Source: Trypethelium eluteriae (taxonomy: Eukaryota). Taken from it: a DNA stretch of 39,586 nt. The DNA is taken from contig JAVECL010000176.1 in assembly GCA_051942245.1 (NCBI GenBank), forward strand, positions 1 through 39,586. Reading direction: 5' to 3'. Below, piece after piece: positions 1-11,013 of this stretch. The notes under the pieces were generated by a model. That model worked only from the letters and a program-made list of their open reading frames with translations, did not search any database and was not told the origin of the DNA. Within the stretch, counting starts at the first letter, position 1, and each line of letters begins with the position of its first letter. The position numbers and the translations under genes were made by a program.

Positions 1-2298
1 CTCTCCCATCCCCCGCCAAACATCCCACACCGCCGCCGCAAACGCAAACCGCATCCTCTTTCCAGCTCCCTTCCCACCCTCCACATCCGGATCTCCTCCG
101 CCACCCACATCGTCCAATCCCCATAGCTGGCCCAATCCCTCCTTCCGCTTGCCCCTACTCGTCGTACTCTTTCCATCCCCATCGCAGAGCCGCCTTGCAA
201 CAAGCGCATAGTAGGGATTGAAACCTCCCTCGGCGCCACAGCACTGCAAAAGCACGCGTGGGATTTCAGCCTGCTGAGCGCGCTTCAAGCGGAGGTTTTG
301 CAGGCGGAGGCACGCGTCACGGGCGTCGGTGGCAGAGAGGAGGGTGATGAAGATGCTGCGGCGGAGGGGGTTGTTGATGCGGTTTTGAGCAGCGAGGGCA
401 TTGAGATCGGGTTCTCGATCCGTGGTCTTGTTATCGGGATCGCTGTAAGGTGATTCCTGCAAGGACGCGTTTGACACGGGATTTGTGGTCGATTGAGCGG
501 GTTCATTGGAATTGCTCGCGTGCGGGTTGTCCCAGCTCGCGCCTACAAGCCACCATTTTCCTTTCTTCTGGTTGTTGCGGAGATCGTTTAATCCCACACG
601 CAATGGTTCTCGGGCTTTGATGGAGCGGGTCTTGAGTGATCCTAGTGTCTTTTTCATGCGCGTGGTGTGCTCATGTGCAGTAGCTGATGCGGTGGCACCA
701 GCCTTGACTCGATTATTTTTGAGATTCGTAATGGTTTCAATCATGAATTTGGTGCGGACAGAAAGATTTTCTTCGCCCACCACTGCAATGCATTTTTGTA
801 GAAGTACAACAATGTCTTTCAGAGATGAGGGATCATCCTGGCGGAGTTGTGATCCCGAGCTTCTGATTACTCTCAGAAGTAGCTCGGTGTTTAATTCGGA
901 CAGGTCTTGCAAGAATAGGCGAACATAATCGTAGAGTAAAGCGCTACCGATGACTTGGAAGTTGTAGAGTTGGGCAATGAGAGACACGAGATTCGTAGTC
1001 TCCTTTCCAACACTTTTTAATGACTGCGCCACGCGATACTGCTTGTCCAGTCCCTCAATAGCCTGCTCAAGTAGCTGGGCCCCAAAGTCAACGCCAATCA
1101 CTGTATAGACGGCAGCGATGAAACCGGCATGGAGAATGAGGAAAGTGTCGTTGAGAGCTGTGCTATCATTAATTAATCCAAGCAATAAATCAATCAAAGT
1201 TGATGATACATGCTGGCGTGGATGATTCTGGTACAACTGCTCCACGTCCCGTAAGATTGTTATAAGGTTAGCCTCGGAAAGTCGATTCAAGAGCCCTTGT
1301 GTTTGTCGTCTGAGTCGCTGTATGGCTTCACCGTCCGACGCGGGAAGTTCACGTAGCGAGGGTGGAACATACTTTGCAACCGGAGCTGCTCCAGCGGGGA
1401 TTGGGGCAACATAGGGATTCTCTCTGACACGTTTTGGAGTCTCTGTTATGCCTTCAGGGTCAAAGCCTTCGAACTCTGAGCCGCTGTCCTGACTGTCCAG
1501 ATCTGTTCCCTCAGAATCTAATGACAAATCCGATGCTTCTTCCTCCGAAAGTAGGTCTTCTGTTCCATGACCCCTATGATGCTGTATTCCAGCTTCAAGC
1601 TCATCATCGGGCGAAGAAACAGAATCATCAGCATGTTTTTCCAACATGCCTCCAGCCTTCCATCTCTTCCTTTGAAGCCAGTCCTCATCCTCTGCGCTCT
1701 TCCTCTTCAGACTCCGTGTTTCTCCCTCATCACTCTCACTCAACCCATCTATCAGGTCATCTAAGCCATCACTCTTAGAATCTTTCGATATTCCGCTTCT
1801 TCTCCCTTTCAATCTCAACTTTTTCTCCAGTGCCGCTATCTCGGCGTCGTCTTTGGCCAATTGGTCCTTGACTCCCTTCGAGAGTCTCAGAACCGTCTCT
1901 TCTTCCTCTTGAGCGTCATCCGCTGACATGTCACTGCTGGGTTCATAGCTTGTAGACTTAGAGACTTGCTTCGTGGATCGCAGCACTGGCTTCGGTGGTC
2001 TCGCTGACCCTGGTTCTGGCTCAGGAAAATCTTCACTCTCGTCCTTATCCTCTTCTGGGTCAATATTCTTCTTGTTGATCTGACGACCAGGCATTGGTTC
2101 AAGAACCCTCTTATGGTTTCCCCTGCTATTTCTTTTCACCACCTTATTCTGCTCCCTCTGTGCCTTCCTCTTCTCCTTTCGTCCCGCCGGCCTGAACCCA
2201 TTCCGTCCCTGCCCACGCCCTTTCGCTGACGCGTCATCTTGCAGCTGATCTAGGAGTCGGCTTGGCAGTTTTGGTGCGCCATAGTTCTGCGTGCGCAT
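1..2298 (-). CDS. SGD1: Nucleolar MIF4G/MA3-domain protein Sgd1/NOM1 (3' end beyond window)
   Basis: Open frame from ATG at 2298 (MRTQNYGAPKLPSRLLDQL) to the window edge, with no stop, so the ORF track omits it. It has an acidic tract, RENPYVAP..KYVPPSLR, MIF4G LRRQTQGLLNRLSEANL, KKGKWWLVGASW and MA3 RRSIFITLLSA..EIPRVLLQCCGAEGGFNPYYALVARRLC. Confidence 0.93.
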   Translation of the reverse strand, partial: MRTQNYGAPKLPSRLLDQLQDDASAKGRGQGRNGFRPAGRKEKRKAQREQNKVVKRNSRGNHKRVLEPMPGRQINKKNIDPEEDKDESEDFPEPEPGSARPPKPVLRSTKQVSKSTSYEPSSDMSADDAQEEEETVLRLSKGVKDQLAKDDAEIAALEKKLRLKGRRSGISKDSKSDGLDDLIDGLSESDEGETRSLKRKSAEDEDWLQRKRWKAGGMLEKHADDSVSSPDDELEAGIQHHRGHGTEDLLSEEEASDLSLDSEGTDLDSQDSGSEFEGFDPEGITETPKRVRENPYVAPIPAGAAPVAKYVPPSLRELPASDGEAIQRLRRQTQGLLNRLSEANLITILRDVEQLYQNHPRQHVSSTLIDLLLGLINDSTALNDTFLILHAGFIAAVYTVIGVDFGAQLLEQAIEGLDKQYRVAQSLKSVGKETTNLVSLIAQLYNFQVIGSALLYDYVRLFLQDLSELNTELLLRVIRSSGSQLRQDDPSSLKDIVVLLQKCIAVVGEENLSVRTKFMIETITNLKNNRVKAGATASATAHEHTTRMKKTLGSLKTRSIKAREPLRVGLNDLRNNQKKGKWWLVGASWDNPHASNSNEPAQSTTNPVSNASLQESPYSDPDNKTTDREPDLNALAAQNRINNPLRRSIFITLLSATDARDACLRLQNLRLKRAQQAEIPRVLLQCCGAEGGFNPYYALVARRLCDGDGKSTTSRGKRKEGLGQLWGLDDVGGGGDPDVEGGKGAGKRMRFAFAAAVWDVWRGMGE

Positions 2299-2542
2299 CG
2301 CCTTGGACCTTGGGCAAGAGTGCTAAGAAATTTCAAGCGAGGTGCAAGATGCAGCATCGAGAAGAGCAGCGTGAGCGGGTGCAGGGGTTCGCTATCGTAT
2401 TCTGTTAACGCGGGGCATCCCACGACGGAGTTTTGAATCGCGGCATCAATTCCGCGAACTTTTAATTTCAGCCTCAGCACCTCTCTGCGCAAGTCCGAGA
2501 GAAAAATGCTGAGGGAGATACACGTCTCGAGGTGCTACAGAC

Positions 2543-3043
2543 ATGCATCTCACTAATGATGAGGTACTATAGCCCAAGCTTCTCACGTATCTTTGCAGAT
2601 ACTCATGCTTACTTCTGCTGATGTCTAGTTCTTTACCCGCCTCCAAGAGCTCTTCGCAAAGAAGAATTCCAAAGGCAAAGGCTCTGTATTTCTCAAGCAG
2701 AAACGCTGTACTTCTAACCCTCTCTCATAACTCCAATGAAGCCTCGAAGTAACTCCCGATCCCAGTCTCCCAGCCTACTGGCTCCTCCGCTGGCTCCCTC
2801 GCTGATCTCAACGACACAACCCCCACACCTCTCTTCATTCGCGCATCAGCCGGACACTCAAAATACGTAACCCCTGCGGATAGAATACAATTTGGGACCG
2901 TAGTACAACCCGAAGATCTTGAGGCGTTCTATACACGGTATGCCGAGTGCTGTCGCGTAGGCATGATGGGCGGGATGAAGAAGAGGTCGAAAGAGAAAAA
3001 GAAAGGGAAGAAAAAAGGAAAAGGAAAGGGGGTATCCAAGTGA
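2543..3043 (+). CDS. SRP14: Signal recognition particle 14 kDa subunit; exons 2543-2563, 2629-2707, 2766-3043
   Basis: Spliced translation MHLTNDE|FFTRLQELFAKKNSKGKGSVFLKQKR|F...LFIRAS...IQFGTVVQPEDLEAFYTRYAECCRVGMMGGMKKRSKEKKKGKKK... matches fungal Srp14 motifs. GT-AG introns at 2564-2628 and 2708-2765. Confidence 0.9.
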
Positions 3044-4222
3044 CAGTGTCTAGAGTGATGATATTAGGGGATTGGATATCTAGTACGGAGATATTCAGTC
3101 GGTTGACCGGAGACGATGATACTACAGCTCGAATAGAAACGCAGGAACAGGAGCGTGAAGACCTAGACAGCGATTGATGAAGCTAGCCTTCCTATTCTCG
3201 AGCCAAATCAGCGATAACAAATCCTGTTGCATACATCGTAGGATAAACTGGTGGACATGCTCGGTGTGTGATGCTGCGTAAATCTTGTGCCGACGGCCAC
3301 TTGAAGAAATCTTGAGTAGAATGATAGCTTAGGGTAGGTCTGAAGCAGAAGTCCAAAAAGTCACAGTCTCACTTATTCGTGTTCTACCTATTCTCTATCT
3401 AAGGTATCTTTTCATTGGATGCCCATGTCGTAGATAGCAATCCAGCAACATCAGGATCTTCAGCCCAAGGTTTTCCTATGTCATCTGGCCCGGTTCCTTC
3501 CCAACGCCCTGCAATAACTGATCATATGCCATGGCAGATTGGCATTTCAGCTGTCTGCTTGTCCGTCACTCAGCCTGGCCCATATTTGTGGACTGAACTT
3601 CCTTTGCTTTTCCGTCCAAGCCATTTGCAAACATTCCCATTACCATGCTTCATGTTATTTCCAGACTTATCATAAGCTCCACGCCTCACTTCAGATCGCT
3701 TCTAGAAATAGCAAGAGAAAATCTGGAAAACCGAGCCATGTGAAGTTTTGAGAGAGTGTTCATTGAAAACAAAAGAGATTGAAAAAAGGAAAATTGTGTG
3801 GTTTCTCCATATTGAGATGCCAAAGAGGCAGTGCCAAAGCACCCTAGCCACTCCAGCCAATGATGACTGTGCTCCGGTGCGCCAGTATTTATGCAGATGT
3901 CCCGTCGAGAGAGATCGATCGAATTCAATCTTCTCAAGTGGGAGAGGTGTGAAGGGGGGTATCAAAGTGATGCCAGAAGTTACCGTGCTTCTTTCGTGGT
4001 CTCATCTAAATTTGAAATTTTCTTTTTGATATGCGATGTACCGATGCGGGTATCTAGAGTCAGAACTGCAAATCTCGCTCGTGGATCGACGCTTCTCACG
4101 CTCATGACTTCATTCCTGATGCCGAAGATCCAAGTATAAATTGCCTCGTCGATGTTCTGAATTCCCTCTGGAGCCGTGGTTCTAGTAGTCGTTAATCCTT
4201 GGGTGGAGATCCCACGTCGTTT

Positions 4223-6555
4223 TCACTGCTTGCCACGCCCTCCACCGATGACACCTGGATCTGTCCTGCCCCTGCCAGAACCAGCCCAAGGCCAATAACT
4301 GGAAACTCCCGCCTGTTTCCCAGGTGCATTCTTGGCATGATCTGCATAAGTGCCTCCAGACGCGCCCAGAGTATCATCGTCCTCAGTATTCATTGCCTGT
4401 GGTACCGTTGTGTTGCTGCCTACGAGCCTAGGATCATTCGGACCAGTCCCACTCCCGCTCTCATTTGGATCAGCCTCCATCTCGAACATGGCCGTCTCCT
4501 CATCGATTTTGTCGCTGCGCCCGATGCTACTGCTGCTCACAGCACGATCGAAATTGCCTCGCATAGGGACGGTACCGCCAACAGCAGGAGTGAAACCCGA
4601 ATTTGGGCTGGTCATACCACTTCCAGTCGAGCCAACGCTTGGGTTGCTAAGGGCTCGAGATGCAGTGGGATGCTGTAGGGTACCGTTGCGATTTTCTTCG
4701 GCGGCTCGACTTTCTATACGCGTGCGCTGCAGCTGCTGGCTGATGATGCTCATAGAGCTCTGGCGAGGTGGGCTGCGTGAAGCGATCAAGCTAGTCAGAT
4801 CTCCTGAAGGGGGCCGCGAGCCGGAAGTCGTACGAGATCCAATGGGTCGAAGAGAAGGCGAAGCAACAGGCCGAAGCGCAGGTGAAGAAGATTTTGATGT
4901 AGGGTGTGAAGTCGGGTTCGGCCCTCCAGTGGGCGTCGTGGGATACAAGGAAGCATTACGGAGTGGAGAGCCCACATGCGACGAGAAGGCGGGTTGAGAA
5001 GGTCGAGCAGTGGTACCAATCTCGTATAGCTCTGCAGAAGTAGGACTGCGAGCAGCGAGCTCATTCAAAGACGGCTGTTTTGATATCGTAGCGGAGTTCG
5101 CATTCTTCGAAGCAAATAGATGCGAAAACCTTGACGGTGAAGTGCCCAAGCCTGCACCTGGTGACCCAACTTTGGAGCTGTGACTGCCAACGGTGAGGTT
5201 CTCGTTAGGCGTAGCAAAGCCAGAAAGTGAGCGACGACCAGTCAATGGGCTCTCCTCATCACCATTTCGCGATGATCGCCGCATCCTCTCTTGTGGCGTA
5301 AGCAGATCGTGGAGAGCATTCGGTACATATTCTTCCTCTAAAGCAAAATCATCCGTCCATTCATCATCACTGCCAAGCTCTCCAGCACTAATAGCGCTCA
5401 TCGGTCCATTGGCACCGAGACTAGCAGATATCATCTTCGGCCTCGTTGAGAAACGTTCGGAGTGCATTGCGCGGCGAGCAAAGGGGACGGGTTCCGTAGG
5501 AGGTGAGGATGCCTGTTGACCAGGGCGAGCAACACGTTTCTGATTATCTCCATATGCTGAGTAACGGAGTTGCTGCAGAGCACCCCTGTTATTGGGGAGT
5601 GAAGAGGGCGGAGATTCGAGTCCAAAAGTAGAAGGTACTGATTGGGCGATCGGACCGTATCGTGCGGCATGAGAGATTCCCTGGCTATCGAACGAGGCGG
5701 GCAAAGGCGCATCCATAGCTGTTGAGGGATGAAGATTTGGGGATGTAGGGAGTCGGCCATGGGGGTCAGATGGCGGAGATCCGTATGCAGAACCAGGGTA
5801 GGACGAGAACGTCGTGTCGATGGTAGGAATCTTATCAAACTGAGGCTTTTGAGGTGTATGACCAAGTTGTTCGTAGTCGGGTTGAGCCATGGGTATACCA
5901 GGTGGAACATTTCTCGCCGCAATACTTAACAGCGAGCTCGCCAATGCAGGATCCTTGCCAGGCATCACGTTCATACGAGCTGGGAGAGCTCCTACAGGCA
6001 TGTCCGGCCTATTGACTCGTTGTCCATTTGGAAGAATATGTGCAAGAGCACATTTGGCTCCAAACTTGCAATTGCCCTATCACCGATTTTAGCCGCTGTG
6101 AACCGAGATCAGAGTACAACCAAACCCACCTTCGCAAAGTATTTACATGGCGCGGTCTCGGTCGCAGGCTCGGTCGAATGAAGGAAAGGACAGGCCTTGC
6201 CAGCTTGGCAGGCGTTTTGTTTGAAAAACTTGCAAGGGACGTGGGAAGTGTCTGCTCCTGATCGATTAATAAGATCGCTACGTTGCTTATAGGCTCTGAG
6301 ATCATGCTCACTTTTATTATTTGGCGGGCTCCTAGGGCCATCAAAGGGTCCGCGACCATGTGGACCACCCATCATTGCGTTCCGATTATTCATGTTGCCC
6401 GGTGGCACTGGCACCGGTCCATTTCCGTGTGGGCCAAATGCGGCGGGAGAAGCTCCATTACTTCGAAAATCGCCTGACTGACGCTGCTGCGATTGTCGAT
6501 GCCCGTTGGCACCAGCTCCAGAGCCAGCGCCGTATGGCTGCGGAAACCCGCTCAT
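4223..6555 (-). CDS. Tandem CCCH zinc-finger protein (Cps3/Scp3/Lee1-like); exons 6555-6312, 6251-6130, 6076-4223
   Basis: Two CCCH fingers, HVPCKFFKQNACQAGKACPFLH and APCKYFAK|GNCKFGAKCALAH, are joined across introns 6252-6311 and 6077-6129. A long S/P-rich tail follows with LPASFDSQGIS and EEEYVPNALHDLLTPQERMRR motifs. Confidence 0.85.
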
Positions 6556-7705
6556 AGTAAGAGTTCAAGCGAGACGGTCTCTTGGTCGTTATCGCGGGTA
6601 CGTTCAGGGCGTTTGGTGGGGAAACAAAAGATATAGGCAGGAGGGCAGGTTGAAAGGCAGAAAGACGTCTGGGTGCGCCCGATGAGGATGGGGCGGAGTT
6701 GACGGATGCAGCACAGAGCAAGGCTGCAGTGCCCCACGAGGCAGCAACACGGTTGTGAGGGTCGGAAGTGAGGGTGGAAGACCAAGTCGAGTCGAAGTTG
6801 ATGAATCTTGAATTCGATGTTCGGGGTCTGAGCGTGCTCGTCGCCGATTGGCTGCCTGTCCGCTGCTGTTAGGGCTGCAGTCCCTCTTCTACCCGCACAC
6901 TGGCGTGACAGGGAAGATGCTCTGGCCTTTCAGCCAGTACGGAGGTAGTACGGAGTACCTTGCAGAGAACTTGACAGCAGTTACACCACGCCTAGTGCCG
7001 CGCGGAATCGCTGTGAATATTTCAATGGACGGACGAGGTGCGGAGGTTAGGAATTTGGGCCATTTAGTGATGGTGGCAAGCAAGAGGTGACGTGCACCGG
7101 AAAGGTCATGCGCAGAAATGAGAACTGTCTAAATGACCGACACGGCTACTGCCAGAAAGGGTGACCAAGCTCGGCAGCAAATGGAGGAGCCGGTGCTTGG
7201 AGAATCAGTACCTGTTTGGGTGGCGATCTCATGATAACAGGCCATTTCTAAGCTAGGATTCTATCGGAAACCCCGTCAGCCTTCCGTTGCCTCGAAAGGT
7301 CGCCGTATTGTCTTTGCATGAGTGACGAAGGGGGAGGACTCCCAGCAAAATCGAAGTCACGCGCCCCCTGACGATTACCACATCTGTACATTAGAATACC
7401 TTAGATGACCGCCCTCAGGCAATTAGCGCACACCTTCTTTCACGGAAGTGGCCTGCCCGACATCTTGCCAAAGGCTACGTTGAAGACGAAGTAAAGAAAC
7501 AGACTCGATTCGCCAAAATCTCTCTTCCATTTACCTAAACTTATATTATGCAAACATGACTTCGACATGTCATATCAACATGAGTAAAACACACCCAAAA
7601 ACTCGAAGATCATCCATCCTAAATGCCCAGACTTCGATCCAGCCCCTCTTTGAAGACCTACGTCAGACAGTGATTCTCACGTCCTCGCCAGAATTCAGAA
7701 CATAG

Positions 7706-9042
7706 TTATACTTCATCGGTGGAGACCTGATCTTCACGCTTCTGGTGGTGGCCGACTAGAATGTCGGTCTGAACTCGGATACCCGCATCGTCCCGCATGT
7801 TGTGAAGTTCGAATTTTGGCACAGTATAATGCCTTTCAATTCTCGTTTTCGTAGTCTGATCCGGGTCATTCTGAGGCCTCTTGTAGAATAAGTCTTGACG
7901 ATCTTCAGACTGGGTTCGCACCGTGCTCTGGGCTGGTTTGGTGCGGCCCCGTGTAAATGGCGCTGATCGATTGGCATGGTTGGAAAAGCCTGCTGCGTTG
8001 ACCTTTCCGAAAATAACTATGTTGAAATACGGTCGAAGGAGCGGCATACAGGCTAGAATAGCAATGATTAGCGCCAGTTCTGGTATTGCTGGGTATTGAC
8101 CAACCACAAATGATAGCAATATCAAGCTCAACAATCGTCCAGATATAGAGGTATGCAAGCTCAAAGGTGAAGTCGATGCTATCCGCCTTGGAATGGGAGA
8201 CAAGCCAGAGCCGTACTATCGACACGACAGTGACAAAGATTCCCACAGAGAAGATGCCCATGAGAGCTAGTCTTCGGGCACGAGAGACTTGAATATGCCA
8301 GATATAAGGGAGTGGCATAACGATCAGAATTACATCGTATACGATACTCGGGACTGTAAAGCCAATAGACCAAGACATATCGACCATCTTGCACGTCGGT
8401 GAAGCTGGAGGTGAGCTGAGCCAGCGATTGAAGCTGCTACCGACGGGAATACACTGGAAGAGCTCTACAAGCGCCTGCTTAATCGTCAATCTTCCGAGCG
8501 ACACTGCAATGATGGTTTGGGAAACCTTACGAAAGCAACGCCCCATACAGTAAGAGTACCGATAATAACGTAAACCTTTTTTGCAATCCCGCTAGGCTTG
8601 AAAAGACGCAACAACAACATTGCAATCGAGCACTTGATGCAACACAGTACTAAAGGATAAGCCACTTCTTCAATAAAACTTCCTTTTGACACTGCATAGA
8701 GGCTATCTTGTTGAGTTACCCAGATATGTTTGCCCAGGCCATGATGCGTCACTGCGGATTTCAAGTTAGCAAACGGCTTCGCTGCTGGCTGAAGAACATA
8801 AGCTTACTGTAAGGTACCATTGCGAATCGCCAAACGAAATTCACAAGCAGAGCAGCGAGAATGAACCAATCATCCCACCAGAGCGATGTTCCAGTTAGTC
8901 GGCGGGAAAAAAATCTTAGTACTACTATCAAAGTGGATAAGACGAGGAGAATGGAATGAACAATCACGACACGGGTCGTCAATTCTTGCTGGAGATCAAT
9001 TCCGCTCGGGGGAGGCCCCCAATGGGGGTTAGCAGTAAGCAT
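7706..9042 (-). CDS. PTH11-like (fungal rhodopsin-family) integral membrane protein, no CFEM domain; exons 9042-8808, 8751-8531, 8474-8105, 8052-7706
   Basis: Family hallmarks are VLRFFSR..LWWDDWFILAAL, GLGKHIW, IKCSIAMLLLRLF, FQCIP, DVILIVMPLPYIWHIQ and WTIVELDIAIICACMPLLRP. Three GT-AG introns (8752-8807, 8475-8530, 8053-8104) restore the frame. Confidence 0.9.
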
Positions 9043-9174
9043 CGTGGAAAGAGAGATCTGATAGAAATCATGTAAAGGTGACCATTAGAGAAGAGGGCTC
9101 GATGCATGAGTCAAAGGAATGAGGAGGGCGAATGGAGGCTTTTCAGAAGCCTGAACTCCTCTCGAGCCCTTGTG

Positions 9175-9181
9175 ATATATA
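9175..9181 (-). promoter_or_regulatory. Putative TATA box of the PTH11-like gene
   Basis: TATATAT on the minus strand about 135 nt upstream of the ATG at 9042, followed by a pyrimidine-rich leader. Confidence 0.4.
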
Positions 9182-11013
9182 GCAATTAGAAGCCTTCCAA
9201 GGGCACGCTGAAACAAGCGCATGGAAGCGTGCACAGATGTGGAGAGCATCTCCGAAAGTGAGGAGCTCTTTTGTGATTCTTGAATATGATCTCTATGAGG
9301 CTGAATTACGAAACAGCTTCAACAGTTCTCGCCGATCTGACCTTTCGATAGTTTCACTAAAAGGACAGGTTTCGACTTCAGACCTCACTTGTTGTGATAG
9401 TTCGATGTGCCAGATACCTGACCAACCTTCCCAGCATGACATCACTCCTCAGTCAATGCTGCTACGGTAGGTAGCCGGAGCTGAAGAGAAATATGCTGAG
9501 ATAATAAAGAAGTCGCCTATCGTTATCTCTAGAAAACTCAAAGTGAAGCTCTGGTTTCTTGTTTTGTTTAACCGTAATTTGGCGGAGGCGTTCTGCGTGC
9601 GTACCTACTCCCAATAATGATACATGTGCAAGGCTTCTCACTCAGGGCAGGAACGCGCTGAGCCTCAGCAGAGCTTCTTCATACCTTCGTTTGTACCCTG
9701 TCAAGTGCCAGGGCTCTTCACGGCCCACCTTCGTTAAGCGCGCCGCACTTGAGTGCCAGAGACTCACCCAGACCAAGAGGCTCACGCAGCTGACCGAATT
9801 ACCTCCACGAATATTCGGCTCTTGGTCTTCTTCCTTGTACAAAAGGCTCTTCTCTGGCATCATAGCATGTTCGAGGCTGGGTCCCAAGCTTCATGATGAC
9901 AGTCGATAAGGATGGTCAAAGTGAGGGAATTCAGGAACGATCTCGCTCTCATAACGTTTCCGGACGACGACAAACCCGGGCAGGTGGCAGTTCTGGCCGA
10001 TATATCCGTCAGAATAACGGATAAGAGGCTGGCTACGGAAGATGACTGAGGCTTGCAGTGGGACCGGCCATGCTGTGCCTATCGTGTCTTGTTGAACAAT
10101 CGATAGGAATTGCGACTTACACTGGACAGCCGCTATATTTCCGGGTATGCGTCTGGCAAAGTCAGTTGTAGACGATCAACAATATTTCAGGCGATTTCTA
10201 GCCAAAAGTATACTGGGAACCAATCAAGGATCTCTTAACGCCAAACAGGCGACAACCACCACAAATGAGCAGGTATATTGTTTACAGCTTAGAGCGCATG
10301 TTGCGCCGCCCATCACAAAAGGTTACGTATTAGGAGTTTCTCGTTCCAATGTTCATCTCGATCCATAAGATACTCGCCCTGTATACAAGTCAAAGTCGTC
10401 GAGGTACTTACAGCCATTGCGAACAGACGGTTGCTGAGATGGCGTGAAGCGTAGGTACAAGGTGTCTCTCGCATAGCGAACCCATTACTTTCATTCAGAA
10501 TTTGTTATCGAGCGTTTGCGACTGTGTATGAGGCCTGTGGCTGTTGGGAACGAGTAGTTGGAGTTGGAAAAGGTTCGTTTGAGAGGCTCGATGGACTTGC
10601 AAGGAAGGTATCTTCAGAGAGGTCAAATAAAAGAACGAGATGTGTTCGTAGGTGGTCTGCTGGCGTGTCTTTGGAGTTTTGGAGGACGGAGCTGGGTAGA
10701 AGGCTGCGGTTGGAAGGGATGGTATCGTCTCAAGTGCTTAGATGTCAAATGTGACCCGGTAGTAGAGAAGCCAGCCTATTAATAATGCAGGCTACTAAAG
10801 TATCCGAATGCCGATTGGACGGCTGTCGGAGGACGGGCGTTTCCGCTCTTTCCTCCGTAATCACTTGTCGAACTTTACATATCGTCCCGCATTGCACCAT
10901 CGAAACAAGTACAATGACGTTGGTAGAAGGCCATCATTGTGGAAGATTTATAGGTCGCATAACTTCGATGCGATACGGTATGATACGCAAAATTTCATTG
11001 AAGCTCTGGAGCC

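Noticed and set aside
2714..2721. CTAACCCT, resembling a telomerase RNA template
   Set aside because: A single 8-mer inside a 58-nt SRP14 intron with no other telomerase RNA features.
4199..5519. Long plus-strand ORFs (159, 215 and 108 aa) opposite the CCCH gene
   Set aside because: Antisense shadows of an S/P-rich coding region. The same applies to the ORFs opposite UTP20, CUL3 and BUB1.
10188..10315. Possible box C/D snoRNA (GTGATGG...CTGA, minus strand) in the candidate intron
   Set aside because: Box C is imperfect, there is no terminal stem, U14 motifs are missing, and only about 8 nt match an rRNA sequence I recall, not adjacent to box D.
10435..10456. CTGAGA...GCGTAGG, resembling a TPP riboswitch
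   Set aside because: The spacing is far too short, the central conserved segment is missing, and no thiamine gene is nearby.
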